This document shows positions 30,548 to 42,602 of a DNA stretch of 64,000 nt, piece after piece. A model generated the notes under the pieces. That model was not told the origin of the DNA, made no database searches, and was given only the letters and a program-made list of their open reading frames with translations. Both the position numbers and the translations under genes were made by a program. This DNA comes from Rebecca billardiae RCC1528 (taxonomy: Eukaryota; Protista; Haptophyta): positions 4,960,001 to 5,024,000 of the forward strand of contig OZ251222.1 of NCBI GenBank assembly GCA_965240325.2, read 5' to 3'. Position 1 is the stretch's first letter. Each line of letters starts with the position of its first letter.

Positions 30548-31136
30548 ATGTCGTCCAAGGCACGCGCTGCGTGGCGCGCGCGGCGCGCGCGCGCGCGCGC
30601 GCGGCGGGCGAGGCGGCTCGTGGTACCCCCACGCGCCGCCCCCGCGCCCGCGCGCGCGGCGCGCGCGCGCTCGCTCCGGCGCGCGCGCGCGCGCGCGTTC
30701 AAATTGGCCGGCCGCGCGTCGCTCACGCGCCGCGCGCCGCCGCGCGTGCGCCGCGCGCTCGGGTGCGCAGGTGAAGGGTGAGGCCAAGCTCAAGGCGAAG
30801 AAGTCCGTCTCGCGCTCGTCGCGCGCCGGTCTGCAGTTCCCCGTGGGCCGCATCCACAGGCACCTCAAGCAGCGCGTCACAAACAAGGGCCGCGTGGGCG
30901 CGACCGCCGCCGTCTACTCGGCGGCGATCCTGGAGTACCTGACGGCCGAGGTGCTCGAGCTCGCGGGCAACGCGTCGAAGGACCTGCGCGTCAAGCGCAT
31001 CACGCCGCGCCACCTCCAGCTCGCCATCCGCGGTGACGAGGAGCTCGACACGCTCATCAAGGCGACGATCGCGGGCGGCGGCGTCATCCCGCACATCCAC
31101 AAGTCGCTGCTCAAGAAGAAGTCGGCCAAGGACTAG
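30548..31136 (+). CDS. H2AZ: Histone H2A.Z, 2 exons
   Basis: [20 protein letters not shown]...[82 protein letters not shown] is followed by a GC-AG intron at 30560-30770. Confidence 0.95.
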
Positions 31137-33187
31137 GTGCACACGCGCGCGAGGCCTGCCCTCGGCGCGCATGCCTCGGCTACCCCCCGACGCACCGAGC
31201 ACACGGCCGCCGCCCGAGCGCGCGTGCTGCGCCGCGCCCCCCCGCCGCCGCGGAGGGCCGCCGCGGCCGCGCCGCGCGCACGCCAGGCCACAGCCGCTCC
31301 TCCGCGAGGTGCGTCGGCAGCAGCAGCGGCTGGCCACCTCGCTGAGCGCGCTGCCGCCATCAGCGCCGTACCCGAGCACGCTGCGGCGACAGCTGGCGCC
31401 TTCTGGCGCCCACCCCTCACCCGGCCGCCTGGCACGAACGGCCGGCGCGGCACGCGCCGGGACTGAGCGCACTCGCAGATCGGACTGACTCTGAGCAGAC
31501 AAGACCTGTTGACCGGTCGGTCGATGGGGTCCGCGCTGCGACTATCTATTCGGCTGGCCGCAACAGGGTGCCTTCACATTACTACCGCGCTAGCGTCACC
31601 CGGACCGTTGGTCGCCGGCCTCAGAAGTCAGAGCGGCTCAGCCAGTGCCCAGTGGGCAGTCCGACGCCACGCCAACGGGCGCATTCAAAGCCGCCTGCCG
31701 CCGCCGGCTCGTTGTCCGCCGGCTTCGTCGTCGATGAACGTTACTGTATTGGCCTTTAAACGCACGACGGTTCGTCACGTATCCGTAACAGTACCCATGG
31801 ACGCGTTGCCCGCACCGCGGGCGAAGGCGGCGGCAGGGCCAATTGCCAGCTGATGGACATGGCGCGCCATCTGGCGTCCCCGTAACCTCCGCGTGCGCCA
31901 ACTCGTCGCATCGCCCCTGAGCGCTGCGGCGTTGACCGTTTCCACGGGCGGGGTCGAGCCAGCCGGGTCATCCGAAGTGACCTGCGCGCGCTGCGCGGGG
32001 CCTGTCAACATGTTCCGAGTTCCATCAGTCGAACGTAGCCCTGTGTTGCCATGACCGGACGCGTGGATGCCACTCCCCAGGCGGGCGCTGCCGGCGGTGG
32101 CGTCGGACTTGAACGATTGTGTCAGCGTCCTGTACGGTCCCGACCCGCCGCAGCCGGCACGCCCCTACTGCCGCTGAAACTCGTAGACTCGCACTGGAGG
32201 AGCCTGGGTACTGCGACGCGGAGTCACGCGGGTGCTACAGCCGTGGCTGCGAATATACTCCAGCAGTCGCTCGGTCCTCTTCTAGCCGCCCTTCTGCTCG
32301 GCGGTCCCGTGCCACAGGCGGCCACAGGCGGCCACGGCGGCGGCGGCGGGCCGTGGCGCCTTCTGTCTGTTCTGATTCTGAACCGCGCCGCGACCGCGCC
32401 CGGCCTGGCCGTGATCGTGGGCCCCGGCAAGGCCGAACTGGCGGTCACCGGCGGAACCGCGGTGCGCCGGGGCCTTCACGACGAATCATCGGCCGGCCGC
32501 GTCAGCACAGAGGGTATACGCCCTTCGCCCTCGCCCGGCGTCGGCGGGCTCGTGCTCGGGCCCGGGCCGGACGGGCCGGATGACTCGCCACCACTCACGG
32601 TCTCCGGGAGTGGCGGGACTCGGACTCGGAGCCGGGAGCGGGAGTGAGTGCGCTGGAGACGGCGTAGTTATTTGGACTAGCTCATGATTGCAGGACATTC
32701 CGCCGCGCGCGGACTGCTGTTGCAGCTCGGTTGGCGGGGACGGTGTTAGGCCGTTGGCAGAATTATTCAATTATATATATATATATATTTATAATTATAA
32801 TTCCGCAGATATGAGATAATGATGATTGATGGAGCTAGACTGCTAGTGCAAGCGGTGGTCGTGGAGCCTGCGCCCGCTGCGCCGGGCCGCCGGCAGCAGC
32901 GTGCCACCGGACAGACGACAGTCCGGGCCACACCCGACGAGACACGAATCGTGGCACCCGCTCGGCGGTGAGCGGCAATGCATATTAAACAATCCGTTCG
33001 ACGAGCGCAACGCTCGCCGCGCGGAGAGCGCGGGCCACGGCCAGCGCTGCCGCAGCAGGCCGGCCAGCCCTGGGCCACGCACGCCGCCGTCGACGCTGCA
33101 GCGGACGATGCGGCTGTGGGCTGAGGAGACGCGCCGCCCGCGGCAGCCGCCGCCTCCCGAGCCGCCGTGTCGCCCCGGCCTCACAGC

Positions 33188-34801
33188 TCACAGCGCCGCC
33201 GCGCCGGGCGGCGGCGGCGGCGCCTCCTCCCTCCCCGCCCCCTCCCGATCCTCCGTGAGCGGCCTGGGCGGCTGCCACTCGCTCACCAGCACGGCGTCCG
33301 AGTCTGAAACGATCGAGGTGGCGGAGGAGCGGGGGCGGCGCATCGAGGCGGGCAGCGCGCCCCCTCGGTCCGGTCCGTAGTAGAAGGTGCCTTCCTCCAC
33401 CACAAACTGGAGGGAGCGCGCGCGCCCAAACGCGCGCGCGCACGCGCGCGCACGCGCACACGCTCAGGAGCGCGCGACGCGCGTGGCGCGGCCGCGCGCC
33501 CCGCGGTCGCCGCCGCCACCGCCGCCGCCGCCGCGCACGCGCACACGCTCAGGAGCGCGCGGCGCGCGTGGCGCCCGTGCGCGCACCTCCGTCCCGCGCG
33601 GCCCCTCCACCTCTCTCGGCCGGTACGCAGAGGCCAGGTAGTAGCGCCCGTCTGCCGAGCGGTCGAGCCGCCACATCTCGCAGTTGGTCGGGTTCCACAC
33701 CTGCTCGAACTGCGAGACGGTCCAGCCCATGTACCGCATGGCGAGCAGCCGGATGAACAGGCCGTGCGCCAGGATGATGTAGTTCTTGCGCCGCTCCCTG
33801 CGCCAAAGGGGCGGGGGGCGGGGGGCGACGGGAGCGCGTCGGCGGAGGGGGCGGCGCGGTGCGGTGCGCGGCCTACCGCGGAGGGCGCGGCAGAAGCGCG
33901 CGCGCGCGCGCCGGTTGAGGTCCATCTGGCGGAAGAGCGTGAGCAGAAAGTCGCCCGCGCGCCCGTGCACGTCCGCGCCGCTCTCGCCGTTGTCGAAGCG
34001 GTACCAGAAGCGGCCGTACCGCCTGCGCTCCTGCTTGGAGCGCTTGATCACGGACACGTCCTGGAAGTTTCCGAACTCCTGCTCGCGCAGCAGCGGGTCC
34101 TCGCGGATGACGACCTTCGCCGTGTCGAAGTCGCCCCCGCTGAGCACCTCGCCCAGCGTGCGCACCGCGCGCGTGTACGGGCTGAGGTACACCTGCAGCG
34201 CCTCCTCGCCCACGTGCGCCTTGAGAGCGCGGCCCGCCGCGCGCGCCTGCGCGCGCCCGCGCTCGGTGAGGTCCATGAGGTGGTCGGGGATCGAGGAGTA
34301 GAGCGTCTCGTTCACGTTGCCCTGCGACTCGCCGTGCCGCATCAGCCAGATGTGCTCGGGGCGGCGCGAGCGCCGCCACTCCTCGACGCCGTCCGCGATC
34401 GCCGCGCACAGCCGCTGCCACGCGCCGCGCCACGCGCGCGCGAGCAGCGCGCGCAGCGCGCCCAGCGCGCGGCGGACGGGGCCGAGCTTGGCCGGCGGCG
34501 CCCGGCCGAGCTCCGGCCGGCGCGGCACGTCGCCCGCCGAATCGCACACGCCGATCGAGTCGGGCCGCATCGCGACGAGCGCGCAGCGCGCCGGCCGCAG
34601 CGCGCGCGGCGCGCCGCCGGCCGGCGCGAGCGGGCGGAGCGGGCGGAGCGCGCGCGCGCGCGGCGTCACAACTGTGTGGCAGCTGCCGATCGCGCCGAGC
34701 GCCAGTGCCATCGCCACGACGGCTAGCCTCGCCCAGCCCGGCTGCGTGAGCGCTCGCCGGTGGCGCGGCGCGCGCTGCAGCGCCCTCATCGCGCTCATCA
34801 T
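33188..34801 (-). CDS. Histidine phosphatase / phosphoglycerate mutase-like protein (DET1-like), spliced
   Basis: RHGESQGN, SPYTRA, LREQEFGNFQ, FWYRFDNGESGADV and AHGLFIR motifs. Introns near 33800-33911 and 33410-33586. Start codon uncertain. Confidence 0.85.
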
Positions 34802-34966
34802 CGGGGTGTCCGACGTCGCCGGACGGTGGGTGCCGCACTGCCGCAGCACTCTGATGAGACTCTTCTGTGCTGCCGAGTTGGCCTTGCTGGTCCCTTGTCC
34901 TTCCGGCTGCCATCGTTGGCGCCCAGCACCTGAGAGCAGCAGCCGCGTCCGTCCTCTGCGCCCGCC

Positions 34967-35923
34967 ATGCCGGCGACGGCGGGCCGCGTGCGCATGCCGC
35001 ACAACAACGTCATGTCGACGAGCGCGACGCTCAAGACGAGCGCCGTGTGGCAGGTGCGCCCGCGAGCGCGCGCGCCGTGCTCCGCGCGGCGCGGCCATGC
35101 GCATCGGCTCACGCCCCGCGCGCGCGTGCGCGCGCGCCGCCGCCGCCCGTGGCGCTCCGCAGAATGTGATCGGCCACGACCCGCACGCTCCTTCAGCCGG
35201 CGGCGCGGGCCCCTCCACGGCCGCCGCGCCGCCCGACGGCGGCGACAGCGGCGGCGGAGCGTACGAGTCGATGAAGGCGAGCGCACGCGCGCGCACCGGA
35301 GCGCACCTGCCGCGCCGAGCGCGCCGTGCCGCCACTCAGCCTGCGCCCCCGCCCCGCCTCCCGCCGCCCCCGCCCCGCAGGGGCTGATGGCGCTCGCCAA
35401 GATGAGCGGCGGCGTGGACGAGTCGAAGGGCAAGTGGCGCGGCAGCGGCAGGCTCAAGGCGGGCTGGCTGAGCGGGGAGCAGGTGCCGCTGGCGGCGGAC
35501 AAGGAGGAGATGCCGTCGTCCACCGAGTCGGGCTCGTCGAGCGACGACAGCAGCAGCACCAGCAGCGGCGAGCGCGCGGGCGCGCGCGAGGGCGGCGCCG
35601 CCAAGCGCGCCGCGCCCGCGGCAGGCGGCGCGGGCGGCGAGGAGGCGCGCGCGCGCGAGAGGCGCGAGGGCCGCGAGGGCGGCAAGGAGAAGCGCAAGCG
35701 GCACCGCAAGCACCGGCGCGACAAGGACAAGGAGCGCAAGAAGTCCAAGTCCAAGTCCAAGTCCAAGTCCAAGTCGCGCTCGAAGGACAAGCTGCGCGAC
35801 AAGGAGAAGCGGCGCAAGCGCGAGCGCTCGGAGCGGGGCGAGGGGCGAGGCGAGGGGCGGGGCGAGGGGCGGGGCGAGGGCGGCGACGGCTCTGAGCGCC
35901 GGGACAAGAAGCGCCGGCACTGA
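34967..35923 (+). CDS. CXIP4: CXIP4-like SR-related nuclear protein, 3 exons
   Basis: N-terminus MPATAGRVRMPHNN...WQ|NVIGHDP...AYESMK|GLMALAK matches plant CXIP4 as recalled (MPATAGRVRMPANN...IGYDP...GLLALAR). Lys/Arg/Ser-rich tail. Introns 35054-35162 (GT) and 35277-35380 (GC). Confidence 0.8.
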   Translation: MPATAGRVRMPHNNVMSTSATLKTSAVWQVRPRARAPCSARRGHAHRLTPRARVRARRRRPWRSAECDRPRPARSFSRRRGPLHGRRAARRRRQRRRSVRVDEGERTRAHRSAPAAPSAPCRHSACAPAPPPAAPAPQGLMALAKMSGGVDESKGKWRGSGRLKAGWLSGEQVPLAADKEEMPSSTESGSSSDDSSSTSSGERAGAREGGAAKRAAPAAGGAGGEEARARERREGREGGKEKRKRHRKHRRDKDKERKKSKSKSKSKSKSRSKDKLRDKEKRRKRERSERGEGRGEGRGEGRGEGGDGSERRDKKRRH

Positions 35924-36062
35924 CGCACGGCACTGACGCACGGGACGGGCGCGGGGCGCGCAGCACCGAGCTGCACCGAGCAGCGGGGGCGCCGCGCCGA
36001 CGGGTCGTGGCGGCGTGGCGGGCTCTTGGCCGCCACCGGCTTGATTGATATGAATATATGAT

Positions 36063-36973
36063 GGGCCTGTTTTATTTCTACCAGATTCCATTTACTATGT
36101 CACGGCGACAAACCCGTGCCCGCCAGTGGGAATCGGTGTCACGCCCCGTTCAGTGTACCTCTCACGACCGATGGCGGCCCCGGCGTGCGCGAGGAATGCG
36201 ATTCCTGCACTCCTCGGTGACCTGTGAGTGCAGGAATCCAGTTGCGGCGCTCGTCCGCCTCGTCGTCGTCGCACACGAGGTACACTGAAGAGCACGGGTC
36301 AGAAGCCAGATCTCTCTGCGCGCTCGCGCCCGTGCGGCGAGGCACTGGCAGGCTTGTTCTGGCATCATCTTGGCCAAGACTGCAGCCTGCCAGATGCGCG
36401 AGGACGCGTGTGCACGCCTTTCCCGCGTCATGGGTGCGCGTGGCACGCACCCTGTCGTCATCTACGCCGAGGAGGCCTGAGCAACCAGCCCACCAACCTG
36501 CCGTGACCACGTTCAAATGCAGGCGGCAAGCTGCATGCGAGCGCACGCAACGGAAGCATCTCACGCTCGACAAGGAAGTGGCGGCGGAGCGAGTGTAGCT
36601 GGTATCGTTTGCAGCCCATCGGTTGTTCAACAATCCTGGCTCAACAACTGACACGGGCGCGACGCAGCCAAGGCAGAGTGCTTGCAGCTCGCAGCGCGCC
36701 CGCAACTGCGGTTTGCCGCCGCGGCGCGGCGATCGTCACACCGCCGTGCGCTGCGAGTGACCTCTGTGTCATGGCGAAGCACCATGGCAAGGCTAAGCAG
36801 CATGCCTTGGCAACACCTTTCGCTACAGCTCAGCGCCCTAGTACGAACATGCGCCAACGACGTGCCATCCCTACTCCGCAATCGCGCCGGCACCCACCAC
36901 CAGCGGGCAAGCCGCCATTTTACCCGGTTTTGGCGAATGTCGCCGTTGGGCTCTCGTAGAAATAAAACAGGCC
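36063..36973. mobile_element. Non-autonomous TIR element, PIF/Harbinger-like
   Basis: GGCCTGTTTTATTTCTAC (36064-36081) is inverted against GTAGAAATAAAACAGGCC (36956-36973). GAT on both flanks is a possible 3-bp TSD. GGCCTGTTT termini are typical of Tourist/Harbinger elements. Confidence 0.65.
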
Positions 36974-37419
36974 GATCTGATGGGCGCCGCTAACGAAGCG
37001 TCTCGGCACCGCATTCGCAACTACCAAGGCTGCCACTTGCCAGGCCACGGCCCGCTGGCAGTGGGAGTCTGAGCCCTGGGCACGCTGCGCCGCTCGTGCC
37101 GCCCTGTGGGCTGCTGGCCACACATGGACCACGGCGGCTTTGCGAGCCGATGCTCGGCACGGCGGCGCCCTGATCGCGTGCACTGCAGCAGAGGGCCAGC
37201 GCGCGCTGCATACCGTAATAATCAGGCGAACACCACTACCTCGGGGGAAAATGGAAATGCCCCGCCGGCCCCCTGGATTTCGAAAGTCGTTTCAGCGCGC
37301 GCAGAGGGGCGGCACCCGGGCGTCATCGTGCGAGCGGCGGGAGGCCGCCTGCCTCCGCGGCCGCGCTCGGCACACGCACCAACTGCGCCCGACGACGGCG
37401 AGGCGTCGTTGGCGGCGCG

Positions 37420-38358
37420 ATGCGCTTCTATGACATCACCGTGCGCTCGCAGACCGGCACGGACAAGCAGGTGCGCGCACTCGCCCGCCCCTTCGCGCGG
37501 CGCGTCCCACGCGCCACGCTGACGCTGACGCGCGAGCGTGTGCGCGCGCGCGCGCGCCTCGCGCGCCCGCAGTTTGTGATGCTCTCGCGCGACATGCCCG
37601 CGAGCTTCCGGCCGTACCACTCGGCCGCGCAGCTCGCCGCGGCGGAGGTGCCCGTGCAGATCACCGCGGCCGACCGCGCGGCCGCGGCCGCGGCGATGAG
37701 CGGCGTGACTCGCGCGCTCGTGCGCACCTCGACGGACTCGTCGCTGCACCACCCGACGGCGGTGGCGCGCGTGCGCGCGAGGCAGCCCGTGCGCGTCTCG
37801 CTCGAGACGATCAACCGCCTCGCCGAGGAGCACCGGCAGCAGCAGCTCCTCCGCCACTCCACCGACCCGTTCGGCCCTGCGTTCTCGCGAGAGCAGCCGA
37901 CGCGCGTGCTCGCCTCCAGGCGGGAGGACGTGCGCAGGCGGATGGCGAAGGACGCGCGCGAGGCGCGGGAGCACGAGCGCGCGGCGGGGCTCAAGGCGCG
38001 CCCGCCGCCGCCGCCCCGCCCGCCGCTCGCCGCCGTGCTCGAGCGCGCCGCCTCCCCCGAGGCGCGTGCGGCGCTGGCCTCGCCCGTGCCGTCTCTGCTC
38101 GACTTCAAGCCGCTGCCCGAGGGCGCGAGCGAGGAGGAGGCGGCGCTGGAGCGGCGGAAGCAGGCGGCGATGCTGCGGCTGTTCGGGGAGCACGAGTACC
38201 GCATGCGCGAGGCGCAGGCCGCCTCGCGCGCGCCGTTCCGCGCGTACCTGCCCCCCGCCGCCGCGGGCCGCGAGCAGGAGCGCGTGCAGCTCGAGAAGGA
38301 CAGCGCGCGGCTGATGCGCAAGCTGGTGCTGCGCCCGCGCTCGCACACGTACGAGTGA
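37420..38358 (+). CDS. Hypothetical protein (probable intron 37471-37572)
   Basis: ATG-started ORF with coding-like codon pattern and CAG|GTGCGC...CGCAG intron signals. No recognisable domain. Confidence 0.55.
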   Translation: MRFYDITVRSQTGTDKQVRALARPFARRVPRATLTLTRERVRARARLARPQFVMLSRDMPASFRPYHSAAQLAAAEVPVQITAADRAAAAAAMSGVTRALVRTSTDSSLHHPTAVARVRARQPVRVSLETINRLAEEHRQQQLLRHSTDPFGPAFSREQPTRVLASRREDVRRRMAKDAREAREHERAAGLKARPPPPPRPPLAAVLERAASPEARAALASPVPSLLDFKPLPEGASEEEAALERRKQAAMLRLFGEHEYRMREAQAASRAPFRAYLPPAAAGREQERVQLEKDSARLMRKLVLRPRSHTYE

Positions 38359-38722
38359 GGGCGCGGGGGGCGGGGCGCGCGCGGCGCGTGGCGAGGCTCT
38401 GCTGCGCCGCCAGCGGCTGCCGCAGCCGCAGCCAGCGCGGCGGTGATGGGTCGCACTCACCGCCCGTGCGCACTTTCAACTTACAATCTTACATCGTCCG
38501 TCATCGCAAAGCGCAGCGGTTCCTATGGTCGAATAAAATAAGCACAGCAGAATTCGCGTTAGATTCTCCCGCCGAATAATAAACGAAAAGGTGGCGTTCA
38601 GCACAGGGCGGCGGGCGCGGAACAAGCGCCGGAGCAGCGCTCCGTGCCGCGTGCCCTGGGCCCGCGCGCATCTCGACGCCGTCCACGCCCGCAGCGCACG
38701 CCGCGGCGCGCGGCGGTGCGCG

Positions 38723-39412
38723 ATGAGCCTCGTGCAGGTGGCCTCGCTGAACAACGTGCGCACGTACAACCTCGCCGGCGGCGCGCGGCTGCCGCAGTTC
38801 GCCAAGCCCGCCGGCGCGAAGCGGAAGGGCGCGCGCGGCCCCGCGCAGGGCAGCAGCGCGCACGTCGAGGTGCTGCAGGACCTCGACTTCCCCGCCGCGT
38901 CGCAGCGCGTGCGCTTCTCGGCGGACGGCGAGTACGTCGTCGCGTCCGGCGTGTACCCGCCGCAGATCCGGCTGTACGAGCTCCGCCAGCTCTCGCTCAA
39001 GGTGAAGCGGCACATTGACGCGGAGGTGGTGCAGCTGCAGCTGCTGTCAGACGACTACAAGAAGATCGCGCTGCTGCGCGCGGACCGCACGGTGGAGCTG
39101 CACGCGCAGTACGGCGTGCACCACAAGACGCGCATCCCCACGCACGGCCGCGACCTCGCGTACGACCCCGCCTCGTGCGAGCTGCTCGTGTGCGGCGCGG
39201 GCGCGGCCGTGCACGTGCTCAACCTGGACGAGGGCAGGTTTGCGCCGCCGCTGCTCACGGGCGCGGCGGGCGGGGTGAACGTGCTCGCGCGCGCGGGGGC
39301 GCACGGGATGCTCGCGTTCGGCTCGGACGACGGCCTCGTCGAGTGCGTCGACCCGCGCACGCGCTCGCGGCTCGGCGCGCTGCAGCTCGCGCGCGCCGAC
39401 GCGCCGCCAGGC

Positions 39413-39446
<34 letters not shown>

Positions 39447-41362
39447 GCGGCGGCGGCGGCGCGCGGGCGCGGGGCCAGCCGGCGTCGGCGTCGGTGGAGG
39501 ATGCCATGGCGGCGGTGCGCTCGGCGGGCGCGGCGGGCATCACCGCCCTCCGCTTCGACGACGGCGGGCTGCGCCTCGCTGTGGGCACGGCGGCCGGGTG
39601 TGTCCTGCTCTTTGACATCCGCAGCGCGCGCCCGCTGTGCTGCCGGGAGCAGGGCAACGGGCTGGCGCTGCGCGCGCTCGAGTTCGGCACGGCGTCGGCC
39701 GCGGCGCTCGAGGCGTCGGGCGGCGACGTGGGCGGCCTCTCCGCCTCCGAGCTCGGCGTGCTGCTCTCCGCAGACGCTCGCTCCCTCAAGATCTGGGCGC
39801 CCGAGGCGGGGGGCGCGGTGGGCGGGCGCGTGCTGACGACCATCCAGCCGCCCGCGCCCCTCTCCGACTTTGCGCTGTGCAGGGGGTCGGGGCTGGTGCT
39901 CGCCGCGCTGGAGCAGCCGCACATGGGCGTGTGGCACACGCCCGCGCTCGGCCCCGCGCCGCGCTGGTGCTCGTGGCTCGAGCAGCTCACCGAGGAGCTC
40001 GAGGAGGGCGGAGGCGCGGGCGGAGGCGCGGGCGGCCCGTCCGCGCCCCACGCGGGCGGTGTGTACGACGACTATGTGTTCGTCACGGAGCGCGAGCTGA
40101 ACGAGCTGCAGCTGGGCAGCCTGGTGGGCACGCCGCTGCTGCGCGCGTACATGCACGGCTACTTCATCGACCGGCACGCGCACCGCGCCGAGCCGCGCCG
40201 CGAGCGCGCCGCCCCGCCCCGCGCGCGGTGCGGTGGTGCGGGGCTGAGCCGCGCGCCGCACCCTCACCCTCCCCTCCGCGCGGCCGGGCGCTGTGCCCGC
40301 CCGCGCGGCTGCGCGCTGCTGTGCGCGCAGCCGGCTGCACGCCAAGGCGAGGGACCTCAGCCAGCCGTTTGCGTACGAGCAGTGGCGCAAGGAGCGCGTC
40401 CAGCAGAAGGTGCGCGCACACACACGCACACACGCACTCTCGCTGCGCGCACGCACACACGACACGTGCGCACGGCGCCCCGCCTCGCGCCTCGCGCCTC
40501 ACGCGGCGCGCTCCCCCGCGGGCGTCCGGTGCCCCGGCGTGCGCGCCCTGGCGCGCAGCTCGAGGCCAAGGTGGGCGCGCGCATCGCGCCGCTCAGCAGG
40601 GCGCAGCGCGCGCCCAAGGTGGCGGTGAACGCAGCGCTGGCGCTCAAGCTGCACGCCGAGGGCGCGGCCGGGGGCCGCAAGCGGGACAAGGACAAGGACG
40701 CGGCGGGGCAGCACGCGGGCAGCAGCCTGCTCGCGGACGAGCGGTTCGGCGGCCTCTTCTCCGACCCCGACTTTGCGATCGACGAGGGCGCGGACGAGTA
40801 CAGGCGCATCCACGGCGACAACCGCGCGCGCGGCGCGGCGCAGCAGCAGCAGCAGCGCGGCGCGCGCGGCGCGCGGCGCGCGGACGAGAGCGAGGACGAG
40901 GCGGACGGCGACGCGGCGGGGGGCAGCGAGGAGGAGGAGGAGCAGGAGGAGGAGCCGAGCGAGGAGGACGACGAGGACGACGAGAGCGCGGAGGAGCCGC
41001 CGACGGCGGGCGCGCGCGCGCCGCCGGCCGGCGGCGGCGGCGGGCGCGTGGTCGGCGTGTCCGGCGGGCTGCTCGGCAAGGATGTGGCGGAGCGCGCGGC
41101 GGCCGCGCTGAGCACGGCCGCGTCGGGCGCCAGCTTCGAGCGCCAGCTCGCCGCGCAGCGCGAGGACGGCGTGATCGCCATGCGCGGCTCGGCGCGCGGC
41201 TCGGCCGAGCTCACGTTCGTGCCCGAGGCGAAGCGGCGCGCTGCCGAGGCGGCGCGCGCCAAGAAGCAGGCGCGGCGCTCCCCGAAGGAGCGGCGCGGGA
41301 TCAAGGAGCTCGGCCTCAAGAGCGCCGCGCCGAAGGACTACCGCCGGCGCTTCAAGAAGTGA
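38723..41362 (+). CDS. NOL10: Nucleolar protein 10 / ENP2 (WD40 + NUC153), 3 exons
   Basis: EVLQDLDFP, SGVYPPQ, LSDDYKK, GPAPRWCSWLEQLTEELEE, YDDYVFVT, LRAYMHGYFID and DERFGGLFSDPDFAIDE motifs. Introns 40174-40330 (GC-AG) and 40410-40558 (GT-AG). Confidence 0.92.
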
Positions 41363-41618
41363 CGCGCTTGGCACGCGCGCTTGAGTAGGCCAATCATGCG
41401 GACCGGGCCGGGGGGTAGCCGCGCGGCGCCCATGGGGGGTAGCCGGGTAGGTGCGCCATCGTGGCCTTTGGAGGCACGTCCGGATGCGTCGTCGAGTCCG
41501 GATACATTTCGCCGCCATCGTTTCTGATGCCCGCCCGGACCGTGGCGACGTGCTTTCAGCGTGCGTGGGCTGCGCCTCTTGCCTGAAGGCCTGCAAGCGC
41601 GTGCTCGCAGTGCGCGCC

Positions 41619-42098
41619 ATGTCGGGGGTCGACCAGACAAAGAGCGCCTTCCAGAAGCAGAGCGCGGTCTTCATCGGCAGCAAGAAGCTGCTGACGAAGA
41701 AGGGGGGCGGGCGCGAGGCGCGCTACTGGAAGAACGTCGGGCTGGGCATCAAGACGCCCAAGGAGGCGATCGATGGCAACTACGTGGACAAGAAGTGCCC
41801 GTTCACGGGCAACGTGACGATCCGCGGCCGGTTGCTCGCGGGCACGGTGAAGACGACGAAGATGGATCGCACCATCATCATCCGCCGCGACTACTTGCAC
41901 TACATCCGCAAGTACCACCGGTACGAGAAGCGGCACAAGACGCTGCCCGCGCACTGCTCGCCCTGCTTCCGCATCTCGCCCGGCGACCAGGTGCTCGTCG
42001 GCCAGTGCCGCCCGCTGTCGAAGACGGTGCGGTTCAACGTGCTTAAGATCACGAACAAGGCCGGCGGCGCGGGCAAGAAGGGCTTCGAGAAGTTCTGA
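41619..42098 (+). CDS. RPS11: 40S ribosomal protein S11 (uS17)
   Basis: [36 protein letters not shown] and [14 protein letters not shown] motifs. Confidence 0.97.
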   Translation: MSGVDQTKSAFQKQSAVFIGSKKLLTKKGGGREARYWKNVGLGIKTPKEAIDGNYVDKKCPFTGNVTIRGRLLAGTVKTTKMDRTIIIRRDYLHYIRKYHRYEKRHKTLPAHCSPCFRISPGDQVLVGQCRPLSKTVRFNVLKITNKAGGAGKKGFEKF

Positions 42099-42554
42099 AC
42101 CCCCCTCGCTCGCGCGCGCAGGCTGAGGCGGGGGCGGCCGTCCGCTGGGGGGCGGCGTGCACGCTGGGACGTGGCGGCCAAGGGCTGGCCAGCGGTGACT
42201 CGAGCGAGGGACCGTGCGGGGTCTGTCCTCGCGGTATCCGACCCATTCGGCGCGGGCAGCAGGACGGCGCCATCAGGGGCAGCTCGGCTGGCTGTCCCAG
42301 TGTCCGGGGTTGTCAGACGCGTGTCGCGTCGACAGGCCGGGCGGTCCGAGCTCTCGGGCCGCGGTCTGCGTGCCTGACGGTGTGACGCGCGTCGGCTGAT
42401 TGTGCGGTCATCATCGGGCTGGGGCTTCGAGGGTAGCCCCGGTCTCAAGCGCTATGGCCAGCAGTATAATATTGGCGATGTGCTGCGACTGCCACGTGAG
42501 TACCGGACCCGATTTAATAATAGTCGTTGATAAAAATAAACTAAGTACTCACTC

Positions 42555-42602
42555 ATCTCGCCTGCCTGAGCTGTGTGCGTCTCTTATTCTTAGTAAACTG
42601 TA
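42555..42602. repeat. Dispersed 47-bp unit, single copy
   Basis: ATCTCGCCTGCCTGAGCTGTGTGCGTCTCTTATTCTTAGTAAACTGT(A), identical to the two tandem copies at 56676-56770. Confidence 0.9.
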
